In this document: piece by piece, positions 1 to 11,302 of the stretch | Position numbering within the stretch: position 1 is the stretch's first letter | Layout of the letters: each line of letters begins with the position of its first letter | DNA from: Ostrea edulis | Lineage: Eukaryota | DNA: 64,000 bases | Direction: 5' to 3' | Assembly: GCF_947568905.1 (NCBI RefSeq) | Contig: NC_079165.1 | Span: forward strand, 100,130,001-100,194,000 | Position numbers and translations under genes: made by a program | Notes under the pieces: generated by a model | What the model was told of the DNA's origin: nothing | The model's input: the letters and a program-made list of their open reading frames with translations, nothing else | Database searches by the model: none

Positions 1-386
1 TATCATTTGTTTTGTAAACAAAGATTGTGGTATGTTATTGTTTACGAATTTTTCAAAAGAAATGGATATCCATCCAAGTTTATCATACATGTATCTTTCA
101 CATTTCAAGCATTCGTTGGGTAAAATGTGACATCTAAAAGTTAAAATTTGTGAATATGCAAAATTATGATGCTTTATATTACAAAATTAATATTTCACTG
201 GTTTGTTTGTTTACATAAACAGACTCGAGTCTTTGTTTACACAACACAGATTTAAGGCTAAAATATTCCTTTTATTCTTGCATTTAGAAGGTCAAAATTT
301 TAGCCGTCAACATTGAATGAGTTATATTTTTAATGTTTAACATCAAAATGAAAAATATTTTTCTCAAAAATCGTGAACCAGTCCCT
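1..386. mobile_element. Right end of a TTAA-flanked non-autonomous DNA transposon (Kolobok-like), truncated by the window start
   Basis: Ends ...AAAATCGTGAACCAGTCCCT|TTAA (TTAA at 387-390). The reverse complement, TTAA-AGGGACTGGTTCACGATTTT, has the same TTAA+AGGG terminus and TTGTTTAC-rich interior as the complete element at 54907-55840. Confidence 0.55.
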
Positions 387-458
387 TTAATGCCTCTTCA
401 GACAGTTATAAAAATAACTGTCTCAGGGGTTTTTCATAACTGTCTAAAGAGGCATTAA
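387..458. repeat. 72-bp TTAA-bounded palindrome with a nested internal hairpin (mini-MITE-like)
   Basis: TTAATGCCTCTTCAGACAGTTAT ... ATAACTGTCTAAAGAGGCATTAA (23-bp arms, 1 mismatch). Internal hairpin GACAGTTAT-AAAA-ATAACTGTC. Confidence 0.8.
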
Positions 459-510
459 AGCCGAAAGCGCTAACAGTGAAATCTTAATTATTTGAGTTTT
501 GTGTTTCTTG

Positions 511-568
511 ACTGCGGAACCAAACCTCCTAACAGCGTGAAAACAGCGCGCTCGACCATCTAGGCAAG
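511..568 (-). mobile_element. Possible degenerate tRNA-derived SINE head
   Basis: The minus strand reads TTGCCTAGATGGTCGAGCGCG...GGAGGTTTGGTTCC, with a weak A-box-like and a weak B-box-like motif. Confidence 0.3.
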
Positions 569-779
569 TCATAAAACTTGCTTTCGACGACGATAGAATT
601 CTCGCCACTCTGTCACACACTACACGGTCATTGAGAATGGAAATGGGATATAGTTATTTAACGTACATTTAAGAGGATCATACAACATACAAATTGCATT
701 ATGTACATTTAATAGTTCAGTGCTATTTCTGTGCTTTATATAAAATGTTTCTGTCTAGCCTCATAAACTCTTGCTTGAT

Positions 780-2015
780 GCTCTTCTGATCTTATCCATG
801 TTGCTTTCTGGGTCTGGATGAACAACTTGACCTCTTTTCTACGTTATCAATTTTGACATTACTGGTATTTTTCTTTGATGGCATATGAGAAGTTCCAGAG
901 CAAATGAAGCTGACAATAGCATTGTACTGAGTTACTTTCGTCATAACTAAGTGGAGCAGAACTGGCGGGAGAATGCATATGTATGCATACATTCCTGTCC
1001 AACTTACACCCAATGCATCTGTTCCAAAGGCCCCTCCATTGGAAATGAAAAGTAATACGCCTGAAGCTTCCTGTTCCTTCGAGTTGCAAAGACATCTAAA
1101 TTCGGGGAATCGAATGCGTGAAAAATGCATCTCACTATATCCTGATTCAGGCTCCATCCAGCCGAATGTCTGATCGACCCCTGGAAAGATCCTGGTATGT
1201 GGACTGCACTGAGGACAATACTGTGACTCCTTGCCATTTAAAAATCTTCCAAGTCAACAGACGTAGCAGCATTCACCAGGTGCCGTCCTCCTTGTTGGTG
1301 TATGAGCAGCATTCACCAGGTGCCGTCCTCCTTGTTGGTGTATGAGCAGCATTCATCAGGTGCCGTCCTCCTTGTTGGTGTATGAGCAGCATTCATCAGG
1401 TGCCGTCCTCCTTGTTGGTGTATGAAACGACTATTGAATTGTCGCATCTGAGGAGGACACGTTTGCCTCTGACCTGGGGTTAAAACTGTATTAGGTTCAA
1501 TATTACAGCCTCCATCTCTCGCCAGCTTATGTGATGGCTCTGCTCAGAAACACTCTACTTCCATGCCACTTGTCCCCATCTCATTTATGATGCATCTGTC
1601 CAAAGTACCGCTGGCTCTTCCTGGTAAAGAACTCCTTTGAATGCATTCATTCTGTTGGTTCAACATTCTAAATGAACGACAAATGTCCGATTGATAGGAA
1701 TTATGACCAGCAAATTGTCTCTTTGTGCTTGTCATAAATACAGGAAATAAAACTGGACAGGTCGCATATGTACGCGGGCCAATGGAATTAAATCTAATCA
1801 TGCTGTCATTAATCCCAGGGGCCTGTGAAATTTGTGAGCTTATATTCGAGTTACACTCGGAATCTGGGCAATTTCTTCTGAAAAATTCTGAAACCTTTCT
1901 TCTAAGGGAAATATTGCTCCTTCTGTCACATTGAAGTGAGCTCCCAGATAAACTATCTCCTAAGTTGGAGTTACTTGAGCCTTTTGCCAGTTCACCGACA
2001 CGTCTAAACTGTGAA
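780..2015 (-). mobile_element. DIRS1-like tyrosine-recombinase retrotransposon remnant (RT C-terminus, RNase H, methyltransferase-like tail), multiple stops and frameshifts
   Basis: Minus-strand translations give VNWQKAQVTPT*EIVYLGAHF and LIPLARVHMRPVQ (RT); WTDAS, HISWREMEAVIL, VLLRCDNSIVVSYTNKEDGT and LSAVHIPG (DIRS RNase H); DVFATRRNRKL and GTDALGVSWTGMYAY (DIRS1 MT-like tail). Confidence 0.85.
1266..1425. repeat. 40-bp minisatellite x4 inside the DIRS RNase H sequence
   Basis: GCAGCATTCA(C/T)CAGGTGCCGTCCTCCTTGTTGGTGTATGA repeated four times. Confidence 0.95.
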
Positions 2016-2029
2016 GTGGGTTTGCAATA

Positions 2030-3672
2030 TCGGGGCACAGATTTCAAATAAATAATGGTGGTAACCAACTTCTTTACACTTATTTTAATTACCCTGACCA
2101 TCCACCTTATCCATGAAGATCATGATTCTAGAAAAAACTTACCATCATACAAACAATCCAACCCTTTTTCATAGTCAACGAGAAGATCACTGGATCAGGA
2201 CTCAATGCACTGGATTTCCATATGGATTTCCATATGGATGCAATGATAATGTATACAATGTGGGGAATTTGAGCAGTCCTCAAGGAGATGACGTGTACGT
2301 GTTAGGACTTTTTCCAAATACACAAAGACGTAAACGTCATGGACATCGTTCATATAAAAGATCAAATATGCATGATGTCACACTTGATTCAATTTTACCT
2401 TACGTCAACAGACAATTAGGTCCACATCATATTCGCACAAAACTTTACTCTGTTCCATTGAGAGTTTTGTATACGTTATTTGAACAAGACAAAGCTAGTC
2501 CATACATTGATTTTTCAACACCAAAATACAGACTGAACTCTATGATTATGGATGTCGTCCATCACAGGCTCTTTAAACTACCGCGGATCATAGATGATAT
2601 TCCTTCCGAATCATGTCGCCAGTTCCTTAAACTCAAATTTACTAACAAAGGTATAGATGCCGTCAACATCAGCAACATTCTTCGTCATAAAAAAGTTGAG
2701 TCTTGTATCCCAGCATATTTCAAGTTCAAGTGTACATCCTGTATTTTCTACAAATATACTTCTACTATTGCATCCAAACTTTTTAATTACAAACTTTGCA
2801 GTGCCTAGATATAGACCACCTTATACTTAATCCACCTACGTGTTCTTGTTTTTCGTTTTCTTTCAACTATAGTCCAGCTGGATACGTCATTACTGGTGGT
2901 GTGGATATAGTTGAAAATGAGGACCTGAAATCACTTATTTTAAAAGCTCCTAAATTCAGAGAACCTCGATCTTTCAATTGGCGATAGAACTTCATCTTTG
3001 TTATGAATTCTGTCGAAGATCATGCCAGACAATGGGCTAATGTGAAGAACTTGGCACCTTGTCAGAATGGATTAAAAGTATAAGAGGAATATTAAAATTC
3101 TGTATCAGTACAAAAGTATGTACCATCTCTTCTTCTGTGTTTAGTGAACCACAAGTGATTAAAGAATTAGATAGGTTACATGAGGAATATGTTTTGATTC
3201 CAGCTGACAAAGCTTGTAACAAAGTCGGCTCATTATTATAACTGTATTTTGAACGTACTTGGCATTGATTCCACATTCGGTAATCGTACTTATACTCCAA
3301 TTACTGCCCTTTCAAAAGATGAAATTCTTCAAAATCGTGCTTCAGTTTTAGACACATTTAATTAATATCCCAGTCAATGGGATGGATGAATATGAATTAC
3401 CGTACCTATACTGGATTCCTAAACTACACTAAAACCCTTTCAAAGAAAGATACAATGCAGGATCGAGTTAATGTTCTACCAAGCCCCTATATCTGCTCCC
3501 TACGAAAATATTAATAGCTGTGAAGGAGAAACTTCAAACATACTGTGCCACAACATACGCCAGAAGTGGGGTAAATCAAATGTGGAATAAAAAATTCTAA
3601 AGAATTTTTATCAAATTTGAAATCGTAAAACTTTCCTAAATCAACAAAACGTATGACTTTTCAACACTTTAA
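2030..3672 (+). mobile_element. Naiad-type Penelope-like retroelement (N-terminal GIY-YIG, CxC linker, RT), truncated and degenerate
   Basis: GIY-YIG C-half (FNYPDH..SMKIMILEK, QREDHWIRT..TGFPYG.ND) precedes the CxC linker PPTCSC..F.YSPAGYVITG and KAPKFREP. RT follows: LHEEYVLIPADKACN, LPYLYWIPKLH, CSTKPL, RSGVNQMW, TYDFSTL. EN-before-RT order is the published Naiad/Chlamys architecture. Confidence 0.85.
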
Positions 3673-4230
3673 ATCAAAGTATATGGTTGTAAATCGAGAT
3701 CAAATCTTGAGATTCAATGCACGCTTGATCTACTGCATGTAAATCTGTCGCTCACATTATTTGACACTATCTTTGAGGAGTTTCTTCTATCATTCGTCTC
3801 ACCTCCCGTATCGTGTTGATCCTCGTTCTGTTGAAATATCTGTTGTCTTGTACGGATCCCGATTTCTCAAATCTTCTGACTATTCGAAAAATATGTTGCT
3901 TGCTGAGTTGTTTCCCCTCAGTGTATTGTTTTGTCATCATTCTTATCACAGTCAATGGGTACTGTGTTTCGTAGTACAGTTTTATAACAGAAGAGCCATG
4001 TTCCCTTGACAAACTCATCATGCATGAAATTCAGTTTGATAAATTTGATACAATTTTGAGACATGATAATGCACAAGAAAGCGCATATTTCCCCGAAGTT
4101 TTCAGCAGAACATGGTTTGTTTTTTTATGAATCCACCTTTTATTTGAGCTACAGTTTACAACTTTTGGTCAATTATTGTGCAATGATATATATCGTTTGG
4201 AAATGGTGTCAGATATTCTGGGACACCCTG
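3673..4230 (-). mobile_element. Tc1/mariner-superfamily transposon fragment (left TIR plus transposase HTH N-terminus)
   Basis: TA|CAGGGTGTCCCAGAATATCTGACACC terminus at 4230 with TA at 4231-32. ORF 3767-4021 LSREH..VIKLYYE...IFRIVRRFEKSGSVQD...IEETPQR (DUF4817-like HTH) continues out of frame to DLDLQPY. Confidence 0.75.
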
Positions 4231-4733
4231 TATATATTCTGAAATGTGTAAACATTGTCTTCTGGAACCAAATACCAAATGTTGATTATTTTCTGTAAGG
4301 GGTATGTTGTTTTCTGATGGATTAGGGTATGTTTGGTACGAAAACACTGTTACTGAAAATTTGGTGTTATTACAAGAAAGGTAAATATAATATAACGAAC
4401 AGTGATCAATCTCATAAATCCCATAAGCAATACAAAATACATACAAGACAAAGGTTAACGTTTTTACAAAGTATGATTAGTGGGGTTTTTTTTCCAATAA
4501 TTCATCGAAGTATTGTATGTATAGGTATATTTACCATGGGTCGGAATTGCAACTCTATTTAACAAAACCAATTCCAGTTCAATGTGTAAATAAATTTAGA
4601 TTGTCCTCTCATTGAACTCCTAAATGAACATAACTACCCTAAGTGAAGAAATATTTAATATAAAGCAGAAAAATATATATAATGATAAACAATATTTAAA
4701 TATATGCCCCACCCCCACTGGCACACACTTTAC

Positions 4734-5311
4734 CTTAAAACATAGTAGCTCCCTGAAGTGAAATCACATGTCAAATTTGAGGGTGTACCGCTTGAAGTGT
4801 CGTCTGCAGTAATATCGTACTCGGATAAGTACATAATGGAGTCTGTAAATTCTGTTTCTCCAAAGTAGCTGCTGATCCAAGAACCTCGCAGAGCGTCCGG
4901 AAGCGTGCAGGCGCCATCTTTTGTTTGTTAAGTAGTGTTCATAAAACGGTGTTAATAATTGCAAAACAGACATGAATAAAAAAGAATTCATTTGCCCCCC
5001 CCCGCCCCCCCCCCAAAGTAAATGATTTTAGCAACATACTCAATTTAACAAAATTTTAAAGAAGCAAACATTGTAGACATTTAAATCATTTATATGGCAA
5101 ATCATAATAATGAATTAGCTTTGTTAAAGCACAAATATATTTCAATTTTTCTACGGCTCTCGATATTTCTATGAATCACGATAACCAATGTTACTATAAA
5201 AAGTATCAACAAATTGTCGAATTCCTTATTCAGGTTTGTATGTTTACCTGCATTGTACAAAAATAAAGTAAACAAGATTTTAAGTGAAATCCAAAATAAT
5301 AAAATCCGCAT
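4734..5311 (-). CDS. First two coding exons of an uncharacterised secreted or membrane protein (exons 5248-5311, 4734-4917); downstream exons not found
   Basis: Exon 1 is a signal-peptide-like MRILLFWISLKILFTLFLYNA ending G|GTAAAC. A phase-1-compatible acceptor AAAAG|AT gives DGACTLPDALRGSWISSYFGETEFTDSIMYLSEYDITADDTSSGTPSNLTCDFTSGSYYVL, ending AG|GTAAAG. Confidence 0.6.
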
Positions 5312-6320
5312 ATTCCATAAGTATTTATCACAGCACTAGTTAAATTTAGTTCAGCCCAATAGCTTTGTGTCCTAGCGATATTGTTTACGAAGTGGAAGAG
5401 TGCTTCCCTATAGTTAAAATCATTACTTTTTAGTCTTATATATCAGTGGTGTCTTTAAACGGAGAATGCATAATTACAGACAAGTGTCAAAAGAATAATA
5501 TAAAATTACAGCGTGCAACAAAAAATGAAATAGAAAAGTAAATCGTTAGAATTAGCTGGGAGAAAACAGTCGAAGATTTCAGACATATTCCAACTTTCAG
5601 TTGTGAAGGTGGGAGTTTTTGGCAGCATACTGTAAAATAACGGCTAACATCATATTATCCAAACACTGAGCTATACTGTGTTGAAACTATTGGGAATATG
5701 GTTATTTATGTTTTAACCATAGTAACAGTTTGATGAAAGAAAAAAGGTGAACTTGCCGAACAATCAATCTATTCAAGATTGGGCACCGGTCGCGAATCGG
5801 GAGTTTAAAATCCGCATTGATGGTACCCGTATTTACAATAGATACAGTACCGTACTAAAAAGCTGTACAAAATATTTAGAATTAAAAACAAATACATAGA
5901 TCATACTTCAAAGAAGAATCTTTAATCAAAATCATCATCAGAATTTGTTTCACAGGCAGCAGCATGTATATCAGACATGAAGCGGTTTTTAACACTCACA
6001 TAATTACACTGATGCCTGGAGTACCTAGGCTACCAAATGACACTGCATATATGTTCGCAACATCCAACAATAAGCATTCCCATTGATATATTAACTGATG
6101 TGAATGAGAAACCTCCGATGGTTCGTGGTGTAAATCAAATGTGGAATAGCGTTTTCTGTATGGTGCAGTATTAATGCTTTGATTTGGATTCAGTTTTTCC
6201 CCCAACAAATGTTGTTGTTGTTGTTGTTTATTAGTCAAAAGCAAATACAGCTTATAGACATAGTATACAATGTAATAAATCTAAAATAATATAAAGGTCA
6301 AGAAAGAATAGAAGTTGTGC

Positions 6321-9072
6321 TTATACATTGGTATTTCTAATTCCAGAGGAACTCTTAATAAATTTACCCAAGTTACATAATTCCTTTACATTCTGTGTCG
6401 ATAAAAGTTGAATTAATTTAAAGACAGAGGGTCTGATATAATAATACTTTTTCAAAAATTTGATTCTTAAATGACTGTAATAGGTACACCTAAAGAAAAA
6501 ATGAAACTCATCTTCTACATCTACGGTACATAAAGGACACAAACGTCTTTCTAAAGGAACACTTTTTGTATCTACCGGTTTCAATAACTAACCAGTGAGA
6601 CGATAATCTTAACTTACATATAAACTTTTTATACTGCATAGGAATTCTTTTGGTTAGGTAGGATTGCAAAGTAAAATGGTCAATCAAATGTTTATAAATT
6701 CTACATTTTGAAGAAGAGTTGATTTCAGAAAGTATTGTTTGTTTACAATTATCAAAAATACGTTGCTTAGCAACTGCAAACATGTATTGTGGCTTCAAAG
6801 TACATTGATTTAACCATAGGTTCATCAATCCAACATTTGACAAAATACTTTTAACATTTACTACCCAATTTTTACAGTTTTGTTTACTACTCATTTCATC
6901 ATACATATAGTCATAACATGATTTCAAGATACAATTTTTTGTTGATAAAAGCTTTAACCAATATTTTAAAATTCGTAATTTTCTCACACATTGCAATGGT
7001 AATCTACCCAATTCACAATAAATCATTACATTAGGAGTAGAACTTTTCACACCCAGTATGCTTTACAAAAATTCATGTGAACTTTTTCGATATCAGGAGC
7101 TGAATGAGCACCCCACACTTCACATCCATAATTTGCAATGCTTCCTACATATGTATCAAATAAGAATATTAGTGTTGTGAAATTCAAGTTCATATTAGAA
7201 CATTTTCTTTTTAGTGAAAATAAAGCTTTCTTACATTGTAATGATAACTGTTTTTGTGCGACATAAAATTTTCCATTGAAATTCAACAATAATCCAAGAT
7301 AACAAAATTTATTTACTACTTCAATTTGTTCATTGTCATAGAGACATTTATCGTCTGATCGTAAAATACCTCCGTTTCTTAAAACCAATACTTTTGTTTT
7401 TTCAACATTAACCGTTAAGAACCATTTTTTTAGTGTAAATTTCGAATGAATTCAGCATAAGTTGCAAGCCAGAGGCCGATTCAGCTAATATAACCATATC
7501 ATCTGCATATATTGATAGAAATAAAGATAATTCTTGTAGCTCGATAGGAGCATTGCCCTTAAGCAAAAATTCATTCTCACAGTCGTTTACGTACAAAGAA
7601 AAAAGTATGGGAGAAATTGTCTCCCCTTGTAAAACGCCAATATTATTTACAAAGAAATCTGATAAATTTCCCTTTAATAGAACACATGACTTAATATTAT
7701 TGTACAATGATCGAAGAATCTTAAGAGGTTTGCCTCTAATACCTAGCATAGAAATTTTGTTCCACAATTTAGCTCTGTCTACCGAATTAAACGCCCGTTT
7801 AAAATCTATAAAACAGCAGTAGAGTCTCTTTTTCTTAGAAAGATATTTATCAATTACAGTTTGCAAGGCAAAAATGGCATCAACAGTTCCTAAAGAAGGT
7901 CTAAAACCGAATTGTGCGTCAGAGATGACATCATTATGTTCCACCCAAACCATAAGTTGTTTATTCAAAATTGAAGTAAATAGTTTAGTTAAACAGCTCA
8001 CCAAACTAATCCCTCTGTAATTCGCTGGGTCAGTAGTACTTCCCTTTTTGTATATAGGAATAATAAGCGATGTGCATGATATGTTATGAAAATATCCGGT
8101 GGAAAACATTGCATTAGATATGGTATGTAAAACGGTAACAGAATGTCTTTAAACACAATAAAATACTCATTTATAATACAATCCTTTCCGTGACTTTTAC
8201 CCGTCTTTAAACTTTTGATAGCATCCTCAATTTCTTCTAAACTAATTTCCTCTTCTAATTCTTCAAAAATAACATCATCTTCATTATTTAAACTATCTTC
8301 ATGGGTGAGGTTTACATCAGAAGCCAAAGATTTAAAATGCTCATGTAAATCCTCAAGTGAAACATTTACTTTGTTTGTTTTCCTTTTTGCGAATTTTGAG
8401 AAATACAATTTTGGATTTGCCTTCCTAATACTTTCTAGCATATTGCCCTCTTCATACAAATATTTTCTTTTACATCTCTGTTCATGAATATTATATTTTC
8501 TTTTGCTTGAAGTTAAAAAACAGTGATTATCAACAGATTTGTCTTTGTTGAAATCAAACAGCGCTTTACGATAAATAGCATAAAGACGCTACATTCACGA
8601 TCAAACCAAGGTTGACTTTGTTTTGGTTCAACACTTCTTTGTTTCTTATATTTATCATTATCGTAAAAAATAGGTACCTTGTGAAAATCAGACATCAAAG
8701 TAGCTAAGTTTTCAACAAAAGACTTTACACAATTTTTGAAGTAAATGTACATTCTGTTCTAAAAATAATTTACTATCTTCAGTAAATTCCTCATTCTAAC
8801 GGTAATGAGAATGATCATTGTTATAATACAGTTTTGTCTTTTCTATCATCAGACACATTTACAGTTAGTTTCATTTCAATATGTACTGGTGCGTGATCTG
8901 AGTAAGTATTGAAACTTCCAACAATAGATTTGTGAAAATACTGAAAGATGTCAACTGTAGATAAAACGTAATCAATAACACTGCAACCGTTAACACCACA
9001 ATATGTAAAGTCATTGGCCAATTTACCAATATGCCTACCATTCAAAATTCTCAAACCGGTTTCAATACACAA
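6321..9072 (-). pseudogene. LINE ORF2, 3' part: end of endonuclease, reverse transcriptase, CCHC zinc finger (frameshifted)
   Basis: CIETGLRILNGR..SVIDY..SDHAPV; PIYKKG...NYRGISL; QFGFR; FIDFKRAFNSV; GVLQGETISPILF; YADD; FCYLG; LRLSSHWLVIETGRY; CPLC..EDEFHFFFRC. Confidence 0.9.
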
Positions 9073-9755
9073 TTATTTCAGGACCTAAGTTCTAAATAAT
9101 TAGCAAATTACAGGGTAGACAGACAACAGACAAAGTTTGATACATATTTCCGACCGAATTATTTGTGATAAAAATAAAATTGTATTTGTTTGGCGATATT
9201 GTCATGGCCGTTTAATCAAAATTGCAATATAACAGATTCTGACAGAGCTGTGGACAAATATGATACATGTGCATCAGATAAGATATGCAACATGTATATA
9301 GATACATATAATGCGCCGAACATACAATATGGCAGCATATATCAGATGTAAAATACACAATTATGAAATAAAATATTATCTTTATCCGATGAGCCTGGAA
9401 AAGACAGTACACACCGGAGACAATATTTTAATCAAAATTATGTCAAATGGATCCCAGGACTCAGTCATGGGAACCATCCGCCAATACTTAAAGGCGGCAA
9501 TTTTGCATTCACTAGATATATAATTTTTAGCTTGGATGTACCATGTACACAATGTCAGCCAAATAGATAGATAAATGTCATAGGTTTTATTTACACGTGC
9601 ACCAATTGATACCCAGATTTAATATGCACATGAATGTCATAATGTACGTGTGACAGATATACCAAAATAAATGGCACGATGTATATAAATTTAAGATAGA
9701 TAGATGATAATTTCTGAAAACTGACCATGACTCGCCAGTATATGTAAAAATTAAT

Positions 9756-10337
9756 TCAAGGGTAAGTTCGAGTAGATGTAGTGACGAATTGCACGATAGC
9801 ATTTTTCCAAGTGTTGATGAGAACACTATTTCCTAGATCTGACAAGTGTACCCTATCTATTCTAAATAGCCTCTTGTAAGATACCTGAATATCAGGGTAT
9901 TTAATGGAGGCACCATGAAGTTGGTTTAGAACAAAAGTTGCAATTGCACTATTAATTCTCTTTTTTGCTTTTTCACCTTCAAAATTTGACAATGACTTTC
10001 TCCAATTGCCGCGAGGTAAAATATGGGACCATACAATTAGTGTATTTGGCAGATCTTGACCTAATTGTGCTAACGTACGTTTCATGAATTTTTGGATGCC
10101 TTTAAGGGTATTTTGAGGATCGCCTATGTTATTACCTCCACAATGTAGAATCAAAATAGATGGAGGGATATGAGATTTCGACATTCTTGCAACAACTGAA
10201 GACAAATTCTCCCAAACCATCCCCCTTTTACCTTTCCATATGATAGCAAACTGCTTCAAACCAAGGTCTAACTGATTGGTGTTTTCTGCATATTGCTGTG
10301 CCCAGTGAACAATTGATGAACCAATGATCCACACAGT
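9756..10337 (-). CDS. SGNH/GDSL hydrolase ORF of the Ngaro-like element (uninterrupted, no ATG)
   Basis: Block I WIIGSS, block II GKRG, block III HCGGNN, block V DRVH; 192+ codons without a stop. Confidence 0.85.
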   Translation of the reverse strand, partial: TVWIIGSSIVHWAQQYAENTNQLDLGLKQFAIIWKGKRGMVWENLSSVVARMSKSHIPPSILILHCGGNNIGDPQNTLKGIQKFMKRTLAQLGQDLPNTLIVWSHILPRGNWRKSLSNFEGEKAKKRINSAIATFVLNQLHGASIKYPDIQVSYKRLFRIDRVHLSDLGNSVLINTWKNAIVQFVTTSTRTYP

Positions 10338-10363
10338 CTGAAAATGTTTATGTGAAATTGAAT

Positions 10364-11302
10364 TTATGGTCTAATATAGGATTTAAAGGCAGACGAATTC
10401 CACCTACCCATTTGTTTAATCTGTAGTTCTGAAACATCCTTGAGGTACAAATAAGTTGCCCCACCAATACGAAACGAATGAGATTTGTAGGAATTGCTAG
10501 GTATATCTAGAAATTTGAGTGATTTATGTAGCATCCATGAAAATTGATATTGAGTTAAGGGCTTAGCATTGTAATGTGCAAACAACTGCTTCCCTTGAAT
10601 GCTTCGACGGAGATCAGTAAATTGTTGTAACATTTCAAACAACACCAAAGAATCTAGATTTTTCATTATTCTAACGGAATTACCCTTCCCAAACTGGTCA
10701 GTTTTGGAACACTGAATTAAAACACAGATTTGGTCTTCAAATATTTGAATATGATTTCTTTCCAATGACACTACTTCACTCACCCTCAATAAAGCGAAAA
10801 ATGCAAGAAGGAATGCTGACTGAAATAATTGGGATTCATACGAAGAGTACGTCAACAAAGGAATGATTTTGATTATTTGTGAAAGCAAAGATAATGTAAT
10901 GGGTTGCCTATAATCCACAACTTCCCGAGTTCTCTTAAAACCAACCATCAATTTTCGAACCATAAAGCATTCAGTTGGATTTTCCCAACCATGTAAGTTG
11001 ATCACGTAACTTAAACCACTCATATAACACTTTGCTGTTGAATGTGCCAGACCTGATTCTTTCATAAAGGCTATAAAATTTACAACATGAACTAAAGGGG
11101 GTGGCCACAAATCATCAAGAGAAGCATGTATCCTAAAATTGATGAATGCCTGAATACCTTGTTTATAAACTTTACTTGAATTTTCAGATATGCTCGCTTC
11201 TAATAGCTGATCTATAGTAGCTGAATGATTTCCCAAAATTGAGTAGGAATTGGGGAAGGAAACTTCTCTGCTGATGGGGCCAACTGTCGAAATCTTGCCC
11301 AC
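10364..11302 (-). CDS. Tyrosine recombinase of the Ngaro-like element (intact, 312 aa)
   Basis: Catalytic R-K-HxxR-W-Y set: LLRVSE, SKTDQ, HSFRIG, GRW, SYIRP. The 5' end overlaps the RNase H ORF in another frame, as is typical for DIRS/Ngaro. Confidence 0.92.
   Translation of the reverse strand: MGKISTVGPISREVSFPNSYSILGNHSATIDQLLEASISENSSKVYKQGIQAFINFRIHASLDDLWPPPLVHVVNFIAFMKESGLAHSTAKCYMSGLSYVINLHGWENPTECFMVRKLMVGFKRTREVVDYRQPITLSLLSQIIKIIPLLTYSSYESQLFQSAFLLAFFALLRVSEVVSLERNHIQIFEDQICVLIQCSKTDQFGKGNSVRIMKNLDSLVLFEMLQQFTDLRRSIQGKQLFAHYNAKPLTQYQFSWMLHKSLKFLDIPSNSYKSHSFRIGGATYLYLKDVSELQIKQMGRWNSSAFKSYIRP

Noticed and set aside
2113-3672. Selenocysteine recoding reported for some clam Naiads
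   Set aside because: The disruptions here are frameshifts and TAA/TAG stops; no TGA at conserved Cys positions was seen.
6030-6110. Minus-strand IVGCCEHICSVIW resembling a transposase SWIM finger
   Set aside because: Too short, frameshifted and unsupported by flanking motifs.
9076-9755. Ngaro split direct repeats (A1..B1-A2-B2) or DIRS inverted termini
   Set aside because: No extended match to the 5' terminal 14000-14099 sequence or between 3' segments was found by eye; only matches of 13 bp or less.
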